Virus record (IMG/VR): IMGVR_UViG_3300012931_000015
Coordinates: 99,579-163,578 of that record
Length of the DNA: 64,000 nucleotides
Direction: 5' to 3' (one strand)
Source: a virus
In this document: one piece after another, positions 51,678-60,227 of the stretch
Layout of the letters: each line of letters starts with the position of its first letter
Position numbering within the stretch: position 1 is the first letter of the stretch
Translations under genes and position numbers: made by a program
Notes under the pieces: generated by a model
The model's database searches: none
What the model was told of the DNA's origin: nothing
The model's input: only the letters and a program-made list of their open reading frames with translations

Positions 51678-54386
51678 TTATTTATATTGTTTTATCACAC
51701 TTCTAACATTGTCAATATAATCTTCCACTTCGGTATCCCCAAATTCTTTCATATCAAACGCAATTCGGTAAATTTCTTCCATCACAGCTAAATTGAGTAA
51801 AGCATTTTTGTTATTCTTTTTTATTGCTATGTCTATTTGCTGATCTACTAAATCTCTATTTCGTTTTAATTTTGCTTTATCAAGTTTTAGTGTTTCATTG
51901 ATTAGATTTACTATTTCTTTATCAGATAAATTTCCATCTTTTGCTACACCGGACTCATTCAATTCATTTTGTTTAGCTTCACTTCTGTAAGTTTTTAAAC
52001 CGCTTTTCATATTTTTGCTACCATATTTTTGTATATAGTCTACAATTTCTTTTTTTATTAAAGCAAGTTCTTTATCATCCATTTTATCAAAATTTCTTCT
52101 TATTATCCTATTTGTTTCTGGTAATGTTCCATTTGTCTGGATACTCATATTACTTGAGTTTGGATATTTGAATCTTACTACTTGATTTCCATTAGCATCA
52201 AGCCCTTCACCTGTTACGGTTATATTTGTACCTTTTAATTCATATTCTTTTTTTGCTTCATTTAATGATTTTCTATCTTTAAATATTTTACTCATAACAT
52301 TATAAGTAGCTTGATCCTTTTCATCTATTTTTTTATTTAACTGTTTATAATTTTTTAATTTAGTTTCTAATGTTAAAAGGTAATGCTCTAAAGTTTTAAT
52401 TGGTGTACTTCTATAATAATCACCCATTTCTTTTTCAACTTCTTTTTCTAAATCAGTTATTTTAGATTCTTTAAAGTTTACATACTTATTTTCTTTTAAC
52501 CAGTCTTTTACTTCAGTATCATACACATTTAATTGTTCTTCAAAAATATCAAACTTTGCAACTAAATTATGTGTTTTTTCTGAATATATTTCTTGCTTGC
52601 TTCCGTTTTTTATTCCCCAAAACTTATAAGGAAAAGCTAATAATTTATCATAATCATTTATTGTGAATCTTATATTTTTAGGTGAAGCTTCTCTTATTTC
52701 TTTTGACTCTTTTACTTTAACAAATTCCCCTGTTCTGGTTGCACGATAAGGTTTAATTTTTTCTTTCTCGTACTTTTCTTTTTCATCTTTTGTAAAAGTC
52801 GTCCAAGTATGCACATTTGAAGAAAAACTACCATTCCTCTTCAGTCCGGCATTACCTGATAAATAATAAAATTTTTCATCTTCTTCTTTCATTTCTTTTG
52901 ATTCTTTATAATATTTTAAAATATTAAACCTTTGTGCGTCATAAAGTTGATCCCACTCTGAATCATGTTCCCCATCTGAATAATCTTTAAATAAATTTTT
53001 ATCATATTTATCAGGAAAATATTTACTAAATTTTTTTCTTTCAGGATGATCTTCAAAAGCAGATAACATATACATCATTACATGCTCTATAGAACTAACC
53101 ACATATTTGTCAGGTTTATTTTCTAATTCAGGGTAATCTTTTAATAATTTTCTATATATTTCTTTTCCATACTGTGTAAATAGTTTTTTAGAAGCAGAAG
53201 ATATGTCTTCTTTTAATTTTGCCTCTCTAAAATTATCCTTTATGCCATTTACTACCGTAACTAAGCTTTCAAATTCCCAATCACCGTTAGGTAGTTTTTC
53301 TCCGAACTGATATATATCTTCTACATCTACTTTATATTTTTTTGCTATATCAACTATCTGATTTTTAGTTAAAGAAAAATAATCTTTTTTACTACCTTTC
53401 TTCATTACTTTTTTAATGTCTAAGGTAATATCACTTTCTTTACTTTCATTTGTCTTTATTCTATCCTGCATACTTTTTAATGCTTCAGTTTCACTTTCAA
53501 GGTCTTTTTTTAATCTTTCAATTAAATCTTTATCATCATCTTCCTGTGCCTGTAAGAGATCACCTTTTAATTTATTTATTGTTTGTTTCTGATCTAAAAT
53601 ATCAGCTTTATCTTGGGCTTCATCTTCTCTCAACTTATTTTCATTTAAATCATTAAAAGGTGGGTTTTCTTTTTCTATACTTTTAATTACAGATTTAAGG
53701 TCTTTATCTTGCAGTTTTGTATCTTTTTCAATAAACTGTAAATCAGAAATCATTAAACTTCTTCTTTCACCGGACTTTACTGGAATATTAAAATAATCTA
53801 AAATTTTTCTTAGTTGACCATCAGAAAACTTATTCCAATTTATAGATTCTTTCAACTTATTTTTTTCATTTTCTTTTATTATGCTTTCACTTTTCTTACT
53901 TAAAATTGTTTTTACTTCATCATCTGTCAAATAGGCATTAAGTTTTACATTCCATTTTTTATCAAAGGATTGTAGCCATCGCTCATAATCCCCGTCTTTA
54001 TTTTTTTGAATAATTTCTTTTACATCTTTCCCATTATATTTTATTTTTCTAGTAATAATACCATTTTTTTCTAAATCCTTAAAAGCGTCTTCTTTCATTT
54101 CTTTTGATTCTTTATAATAAGGTTTAACTCTTACTGCTAAATCTCTCAAGGCATCCTTTGTTATACCATCATTATTCATTACGTTATCATACCAATCTTT
54201 ATATATCGTATAAACACCGGAATAAGGTCTGCCATAATGATATTCTCTGGTTGCCCAATTATAAATATCCTGTAATTCTTTTACATTAAAATCAGCATTA
54301 TATTCTTCAACAAATATTTCTTGACCTTTTTTTAATTCTATACCTTCAATTACACTGTCTTTCTCTACAATTATTTTTCTTAACAT
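51678..54386 (-). CDS. 902-aa multi-module putative internal head polyprotein
   Basis: N-terminal tag; modules separated by KES/xKE/LNE linkers. Confidence 0.65.
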   Translation of the reverse strand: MLRKIIVEKDSVIEGIELKKGQEIFVEEYNADFNVKELQDIYNWATREYHYGRPYSGVYTIYKDWYDNVMNNDGITKDALRDLAVRVKPYYKESKEMKEDAFKDLEKNGIITRKIKYNGKDVKEIIQKNKDGDYERWLQSFDKKWNVKLNAYLTDDEVKTILSKKSESIIKENEKNKLKESINWNKFSDGQLRKILDYFNIPVKSGERRSLMISDLQFIEKDTKLQDKDLKSVIKSIEKENPPFNDLNENKLREDEAQDKADILDQKQTINKLKGDLLQAQEDDDKDLIERLKKDLESETEALKSMQDRIKTNESKESDITLDIKKVMKKGSKKDYFSLTKNQIVDIAKKYKVDVEDIYQFGEKLPNGDWEFESLVTVVNGIKDNFREAKLKEDISSASKKLFTQYGKEIYRKLLKDYPELENKPDKYVVSSIEHVMMYMLSAFEDHPERKKFSKYFPDKYDKNLFKDYSDGEHDSEWDQLYDAQRFNILKYYKESKEMKEEDEKFYYLSGNAGLKRNGSFSSNVHTWTTFTKDEKEKYEKEKIKPYRATRTGEFVKVKESKEIREASPKNIRFTINDYDKLLAFPYKFWGIKNGSKQEIYSEKTHNLVAKFDIFEEQLNVYDTEVKDWLKENKYVNFKESKITDLEKEVEKEMGDYYRSTPIKTLEHYLLTLETKLKNYKQLNKKIDEKDQATYNVMSKIFKDRKSLNEAKKEYELKGTNITVTGEGLDANGNQVVRFKYPNSSNMSIQTNGTLPETNRIIRRNFDKMDDKELALIKKEIVDYIQKYGSKNMKSGLKTYRSEAKQNELNESGVAKDGNLSDKEIVNLINETLKLDKAKLKRNRDLVDQQIDIAIKKNNKNALLNLAVMEEIYRIAFDMKEFGDTEVEDYIDNVRSVIKQYK
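52882..54119. repeat. 32-bp exact direct repeat (52882-52913 and 54088-54119)
   Basis: TCTTCTTTCATTTCTTTTGATTCTTTATAATA, encoding YYKESKEMKE(E/D). Confidence 0.85.
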
Positions 54387-54414
54387 AATGGTTTTTACTT
54401 CCTCTTTTTTATTT

Positions 54415-54786
54415 TTATAAGTAGTTATCTAATAAACTATATAATTTATCTACATCATCATTTTTGAATTTATTCATAACAATATTATTAAATATAGTGT
54501 TATCAAGTAAATTTCTAACAAATTTAGACTTTATTCTATTATTATCTAATAATATCTCATTTTTATATTTATCTTTAAATTTTTTACCTTTCAATATATT
54601 TTCTAAAAAACTGTATAAATCTTTAAAAGACTTTATGTTTTCAAGTTCTAAATCAAATATTTCATCAGAGGTAGTAGCAATATAAGGCATTTCTTTTAAT
54701 TGCTTTTTAGGTTTTATATAAATTGTTTGACCTTTTTTCAGATTAAATTCTTTTATACTTTTAGATAAAATTAACTTTTGTAACAT
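54415..54786 (-). CDS. putative internal head protein with shared tag
   Basis: MLQKLIL...LKKGQTIYI...LKEM. Confidence 0.65.
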   Translation of the reverse strand: MLQKLILSKSIKEFNLKKGQTIYIKPKKQLKEMPYIATTSDEIFDLELENIKSFKDLYSFLENILKGKKFKDKYKNEILLDNNRIKSKFVRNLLDNTIFNNIVMNKFKNDDVDKLYSLLDNYL

Positions 54787-54791
54787 ACTTA

Positions 54792-55334
54792 TTATTTTCC
54801 TTCAGCGTCTTTCTTTACAGCATCTTCTAAATCTTTTAAGAAGGGTAAATAATATTTTGAATCTTTAGGAGATACTTTTTCACCTTTTTTACCTATTTCG
54901 GAAAGATGATCTAATCCCACACGAGGAGCTAAATACTTTGCATAAGGATTTTTAGAGTCAAAATGTTCTAGCTCAACTTCTCGTGAAGCATCAAGTTGTT
55001 TTTTATCAACATCACTTTCAGTTACACCTTTTTCAAAAGCTTTTCCGCCTCTTAAAAAACATTGAACTATTTTATATATTTCAAGCTCTAATTGATGAGG
55101 ATTCATATTTAATTTTTCAGCAAATGAATGTATATCTTTCTCATCATCAGTTATTTCATGTTCTTTTAAATAATCTAGTATTTTAACTCTTATTTCGTCA
55201 GTTATTTTTATATTAGGTAATTCAACTTCTTTTTCAGCTTCTTTTATTTTATTTTTACTTTCAACATAAACAATCTGACCTTTTTCTAAATTCCAATCCT
55301 TTATATTTTCAGTCAATATTATTTTTTTTAACAT
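54792..55334 (-). CDS. DUF5661-like protein with shared tag
   Basis: MLKKIIL...LEKGQIVYVES..IKEA, then VELEH...LDHLSE...YY. Confidence 0.7.
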   Translation of the reverse strand: MLKKIILTENIKDWNLEKGQIVYVESKNKIKEAEKEVELPNIKITDEIRVKILDYLKEHEITDDEKDIHSFAEKLNMNPHQLELEIYKIVQCFLRGGKAFEKGVTESDVDKKQLDASREVELEHFDSKNPYAKYLAPRVGLDHLSEIGKKGEKVSPKDSKYYLPFLKDLEDAVKKDAEGK

Positions 55335-55487
55335 AACAATTTAGTCCTTTAATGAAAAATTTCACGGTTTTAGTAGTATTATTAGTATTGAAATTGATAG
55401 AAAGTTATTGACGAAGTGTAAATAAAAAAAGACGAGAAGTTAATTATATAACAACCCGTCTTCTTATAAAAAAATAACTATGAAAAA

Positions 55488-56153
55488 CTATATAGTAATA
55501 TCTATAACACGCTTATCATTATTTTCTAGTTTTTCCCAATAAAAACCTTTATAAAAACAAAAATTATTTACTGCGGTTTTAAATTTTTTACTTAACGTAT
55601 ATCTATCAATCCCTGTTTTATGAACATCTCTAAGACTAAGAAATGTCTCTATTTTATTGTATTCTTTATCATATTTAATAATTTTATAACTTTTTAAAAT
55701 TTTATGTTTTAAAGAAGTAGCATATTCTCTGAATCTTTTACTTAGACCAGCTCTACTAGAATCACATAAGCCCGTATCCCAAGCATGTTGCATATTATAA
55801 CTTTGTGTACACCATTCCAAATTACATACTTTATTATTACTCTTGTTACCGTCTTTATGATTTACTTGATATAAATTCTCTTTATTATTAATAAAATGTA
55901 AAGCTACTAATCTATGCACATAATAATTTTTTAATTTATTATTTTTACATAAAATTAATCGTAAATACCCATTTTCTTTTATTTCACCTATTCGTAGTTT
56001 TTCTGGCACAAAACGCTGTTGTTTTCCAAAACATACTTCTCTACTTATTGTTTTAACTTTTCCAAAATTAGATATTTTATAATACCCCGTATAATTTTCA
56101 CCGCCCCACGGGGACAAATCAATATCTTTCCATAATTCTAATGTTTCTTCCAT
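55488..56153 (-). CDS. NUMOD4-HNH homing endonuclease
   Basis: WKDI, Y.ISNFG.VK, VHRLVA.HF, VNHKDGNK.NN...NLEW. Confidence 0.9.
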   Translation of the reverse strand: MEETLELWKDIDLSPWGGENYTGYYKISNFGKVKTISREVCFGKQQRFVPEKLRIGEIKENGYLRLILCKNNKLKNYYVHRLVALHFINNKENLYQVNHKDGNKSNNKVCNLEWCTQSYNMQHAWDTGLCDSSRAGLSKRFREYATSLKHKILKSYKIIKYDKEYNKIETFLSLRDVHKTGIDRYTLSKKFKTAVNNFCFYKGFYWEKLENNDKRVIDITI

Positions 56154-56606
56154 CTATTTCATCACCCACTCTAAAATATTTACAATATAATAAATAGGAA
56201 TAGAAATTAATGCCCATAATATTGCATGAACAAGGTCAATTTGCCCCATAACATTTAAAGGAATTTCCTTTCCCCCGATCTCTATTACACTATGGCTATA
56301 ATCCCAAACATTCAATTTTAAAACAATATTATATAAATATCCGAAAGCAAACTCTACAGCAGTACAAATTATACCACCAATTAAGCAAAAAAGCACTATA
56401 AAACTAAGCTTATCAAAAATAGGAATCAAAGTAACCAGATAAACTAAAGACATACCAGTAGCATAAACTGGAATATTCAATAATTGTTTTAAATTCTTAA
56501 TTTTGTCAAGAAAAGTTTTACACTCATCCATTTTTCGCACGGAATAATCCAGAATAAATCCTAGACACCCCCCTAGTATAGCAATTAACAAAAATAATTT
56601 TAACAT
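56154..56606 (-). CDS. membrane protein (putative ABC-transporter type IV family-like)
   Basis: transmembrane segments; T.VEF..G, VWDYS and N..GQI. Confidence 0.7.
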   Translation of the reverse strand: MLKLFLLIAILGGCLGFILDYSVRKMDECKTFLDKIKNLKQLLNIPVYATGMSLVYLVTLIPIFDKLSFIVLFCLIGGIICTAVEFAFGYLYNIVLKLNVWDYSHSVIEIGGKEIPLNVMGQIDLVHAILWALISIPIYYIVNILEWVMK

Positions 56607-56622
56607 TTTTTCTCCTTTATAC

Positions 56623-56925
56623 TTAAAATAAACTTTTTATATAATTATCTATAAAAATATCATCTTCGTCATATAATTTTAGTAACATTAATGTTACAAG
56701 TTGATTTTCTACACTTACAACTTTGCATTTCAACCAATACCAATTGTTCATTTCATAGTTGTTTTTTAAACCTATGCCAACCAGATCATTTTCAATAAAT
56801 ATTTGATTTACTCTTATTTTAATAGTATTACTTGTTATATAAACTAATAAACAATCATGTATTTTATTGTTATAACTGTACTTAATTTGATTATTTTTAG
56901 ATTTCATCACGTTTCTCAAACTCAT
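56623..56925 (-). CDS. hypothetical protein
   Basis: 100-aa beta-rich ORF. Confidence 0.45.
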   Translation of the reverse strand: MSLRNVMKSKNNQIKYSYNNKIHDCLLVYITSNTIKIRVNQIFIENDLVGIGLKNNYEMNNWYWLKCKVVSVENQLVTLMLLKLYDEDDIFIDNYIKSLF

Positions 56926-58066
56926 CTGTAATTACTTGAGCTATTTTATCAGCATTAAATTGAAGTGTTTGGTACACCGGAATCATGTGCTTCGAGGCAT
57001 ATATATCTGTACCATGCAAACTAGCCCAGTATCCTGAATCAGGAAATCCCGGATAAGAATGAATACTAGCATCCAATTCTTCTGCTCTTTTCCACGATCC
57101 TTGAAAAAGCCAAGAAGGTGAACTAGAAAAAAGTTTTACACTATCATAATTTTTTATCATATCTCTTACAAGTTCTATTTTGTCAATTTTTGATAAGCTT
57201 AACCAATCCTCACGAGTTTTAATCCAACTTCTTATATCCTCAAACAATATTTGAAATATATAATATTTACCTTTTGAAGTAGAACCGTCTTTTTTCACAA
57301 TAGTAACTTGTTTTTCAATTTTTCCGTCTTTTTGGGGATTAGGAATACCAATAAAACTAGGAGTTATAGAATATTGAATAAGCAATGATCCTGATTTTTT
57401 ATTATAAGTAATTCTGCTTAAATCTACTTTAGTATTACCTTCATTTTTTCTCTGATTGTAAAATTCCCAATTTCTATCACTTAATCCATTTTCATACCAA
57501 TCACTTAAACTTATCTCATTCAACTTCTCACAATCATTACTTTTATAATAAACATCAAATTTACCTTCTCGACAATCAATAAAATCACTATTGCTACTTT
57601 TCTTGTTTTCATCTAATTGAGTATAATATCTACCTGCTAAATCTAACTTTACAACAATAGCATTACTAGGTATTTTTCCGGTAAACATCGCAAGTGGTAA
57701 AGGGGGAGTAAATATTCTTCGTTCAAGTTTATTATTCTTATTTATAAAACTTTTGTAAAATGTCATATTTCTAAGCATACTTTGAGAAATTGAACGGTTT
57801 AGATGAGTGTCAAAAATTACTTCATAATAAAATTGACTCGATCTTAACATTTTACGAATATAAACATATTTCAAATCAGATAAATCTAACTGATATTTTA
57901 AGAGTAGACCAGAAGGTATATTGTTTGAGAGGATTTTATCTATTTCTTCTTCGGTTTTAATAGTTTCAGGTTTTTTATTTCTAAGAATATAAGGATTTTC
58001 TCTAATAAGTTTTTCAATATCTATACCATATTTTCTTAGAACATATAAAATAATAAATTGTAACAT
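56897..58066 (-). CDS. hypothetical late protein, degenerate SWIM-like C-terminus
   Basis: VKLFSSSPSW..QG...ASKH. Confidence 0.55.
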   Translation of the reverse strand: MLQFIILYVLRKYGIDIEKLIRENPYILRNKKPETIKTEEEIDKILSNNIPSGLLLKYQLDLSDLKYVYIRKMLRSSQFYYEVIFDTHLNRSISQSMLRNMTFYKSFINKNNKLERRIFTPPLPLAMFTGKIPSNAIVVKLDLAGRYYTQLDENKKSSNSDFIDCREGKFDVYYKSNDCEKLNEISLSDWYENGLSDRNWEFYNQRKNEGNTKVDLSRITYNKKSGSLLIQYSITPSFIGIPNPQKDGKIEKQVTIVKKDGSTSKGKYYIFQILFEDIRSWIKTREDWLSLSKIDKIELVRDMIKNYDSVKLFSSSPSWLFQGSWKRAEELDASIHSYPGFPDSGYWASLHGTDIYASKHMIPVYQTLQFNADKIAQVITDEFEKRDEI

Positions 58067-58107
58067 AGTATAGTTATTAGTAATAAAAAATCAAAAAACT
58101 TAATAAA

Positions 58108-58503
58108 CTATACACCCTGTCCCGATATTTTTTTTAATCCACCATAAAGTTCAAGTTTTATTCTTTCTTGAATTTCAGTTGCTTCATTATTCAATACTTG
58201 ATGAATATTTTGCAACAACACTTCAGAAGGTACAAACTTAAATAAAGTATCAAATGAAATACCACCCTTATCTTCTTTTTCCTTAATAGACATAGTTAAT
58301 TCTTTAAAGATATGAGGTATTCTTATTGTTATATCTTCATTTATAAGTACATTATCTTCATAATAATTTTCAACTTTAGAAGATAATTCTAATACAATGT
58401 ATAACACAAATGCAGAAAATACTTTATCTATTATTTCTTTATTTACACCGGACAAATTACTTAAACTATCTATAAACTTTTTTTCTTCAAACGATATTTT
58501 CAC
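58108..58503 (-). CDS. possible HU/IHF-like DNA-binding protein
   Basis: FI..LS..SGV.K..I..V...F...I..EL, then I.IP and F.PS..L. Confidence 0.4.
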   Translation of the reverse strand: MKISFEEKKFIDSLSNLSGVNKEIIDKVFSAFVLYIVLELSSKVENYYEDNVLINEDITIRIPHIFKELTMSIKEKEDKGGISFDTLFKFVPSEVLLQNIHQVLNNEATEIQERIKLELYGGLKKISGQGV

Positions 58504-58580
58504 TTTTTAAATCCTTTAACTTTTTTAATTTTCATAATGACAATTTCTATCATTTTTTGTATATTTATGTCATTATGTTT

Positions 58581-58736
58581 TTACCCAAACATTTTATCTA
58601 ACTTTTTGAACTCTTTTCCATTTTCATCAAGCTGATTCAACTTTATTTTTCCTTTACTTGCATCTTCTTTTAGCTGATTTAATTCTTCCTGTGTTACTTC
58701 TTTTTCGTTTACTTTTATAGTTTCATTATTGCTCAT
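58581..58736 (-). CDS. 51-aa hypothetical protein (not in the ORF track)
   Basis: AAGGAGG SD; MSNNETIK...KMFG. Confidence 0.6.
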   Translation of the reverse strand: MSNNETIKVNEKEVTQEELNQLKEDASKGKIKLNQLDENGKEFKKLDKMFG

Positions 58737-58755
58737 AGTTTTTTACCTCCTTCTC

Positions 58756-60150
58756 TTAAACTTTTAATAAATAATCTTTACCTTCCATAAAATCTTTACC
58801 TTCATAAAAATTTCCATTAAATAAACATTTACCAGCACTAACTAAAATATTATGAATATCTATATTTTCATTAAAAGATTCTACATAACAAAATCCATTC
58901 TGCCAATTTTCTTTTGACTTAACGCTTGGCACTATTCCGTCTAATTTGCATAAACAAGGTATCGAGCACACTGTCATTGTATCACTACCATATCTATCAT
59001 GAACTGTTTTTGAAATCATTTCATTTCTATGTAGATGCCCTTGTATAACAGTTATCTTGTGATTATTTAAAGCAGTAGTCATTTTCAAATATTCACCGTG
59101 TACACATTTTGCATAATCATTAATCCAATATTCATCATTAGGGTAACTTTCCATAACTTCAATACCTAATTTATCTAACCCCAATAAATTTTTTAAACTC
59201 ATTACAGGCATTTTTGAATCATAAGCTTTTATATCATAAGCAAACATCATGTGTTCCATAAACTTTTTTGCCATCCTGTATTCATGATTACCTATCATAT
59301 AAATAATTTTAGAATTAGGACTTGCAATTCTTAATCTTGAAAAATAATAGCCTAATGTATTAATACTAGGTTGCAAGGTAAAATAGTATTCTTTTTTTAA
59401 TAAAAATTTAGAGGCTTCAGTGTGATCTAGCATATCACCAATAATAATTACTTCATCTGGTTTTTCCTGTTCTACTACTTGTAATACAACATCCATTGCT
59501 TTACAATCATGAAAAGCTTTAAAAGAACCACTAGAAAAGTCTCTTTCATATCCTATCTGAGCATCACCAATAATAATTGATCTTTTTATTTTATTTTTAT
59601 TATTTTTAACACTAGGAAGAGATACTTTTTCAACATTAAATATTACTGGTTCGGGTAGTTTAAATTTTGGTATATCTCTTATCTTTTTTTCTATATCAGC
59701 TTTAACCTGAAAAAGAGGGGAAACTACAATAATACCAGAAGCATTTTTAGCTCCTACTTCCCATTTATTAACTTTATATTTATTAACATAATATTTTTCT
59801 AAATCAACTTTTGCAATTGCAAGTAGATCATCCAATGTTAATATTCTTTTTGAAACTAAAGAAATACTATGAGTGTTATCATCTATGTGAACCGATTCTA
59901 TTTTATCAAGCTTAGATAAATTTTCTATATCTTCAAAACTAAAATTAGATAAAACTTCTTCTTTCAACTGTTTAAAACTTCCAAACAAATCATTATAAAG
60001 AGATTCAGAATATTTCCCAAATTTTCTATAAAATGTTCGTGTTATTTCTTTATCAGAACCTTTTTCCTGTAACCACTTTTGCAAGACTTGATAAAAATCA
60101 TCAATTATATCTTCTCGTGTTCCTTTTATTTGTTTACTTGTTTTTGCCAA
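58756..60150 (-). CDS. calcineurin-like metallophosphoesterase
   Basis: GDAQ, GDMLD, GNHE, HG and GHLH motifs. Confidence 0.85.
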   Translation of the reverse strand: MAKTSKQIKGTREDIIDDFYQVLQKWLQEKGSDKEITRTFYRKFGKYSESLYNDLFGSFKQLKEEVLSNFSFEDIENLSKLDKIESVHIDDNTHSISLVSKRILTLDDLLAIAKVDLEKYYVNKYKVNKWEVGAKNASGIIVVSPLFQVKADIEKKIRDIPKFKLPEPVIFNVEKVSLPSVKNNKNKIKRSIIIGDAQIGYERDFSSGSFKAFHDCKAMDVVLQVVEQEKPDEVIIIGDMLDHTEASKFLLKKEYYFTLQPSINTLGYYFSRLRIASPNSKIIYMIGNHEYRMAKKFMEHMMFAYDIKAYDSKMPVMSLKNLLGLDKLGIEVMESYPNDEYWINDYAKCVHGEYLKMTTALNNHKITVIQGHLHRNEMISKTVHDRYGSDTMTVCSIPCLCKLDGIVPSVKSKENWQNGFCYVESFNENIDIHNILVSAGKCLFNGNFYEGKDFMEGKDYLLKV

Positions 60151-60179
60151 AACATTCTCCTACTTTTTATATAAATATT

Positions 60180-60207
60180 ATTTTAACTCTAAATCTTTCA
60201 ATGTCAA
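60180..60207 (-). promoter_or_regulatory. sigma70-type promoter
   Basis: TTGACA-N16-TAAAAT upstream of an AGGAG SD. Confidence 0.5.
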
Positions 60208-60227
60208 GCTTTTTGTTTAACTTTTTT

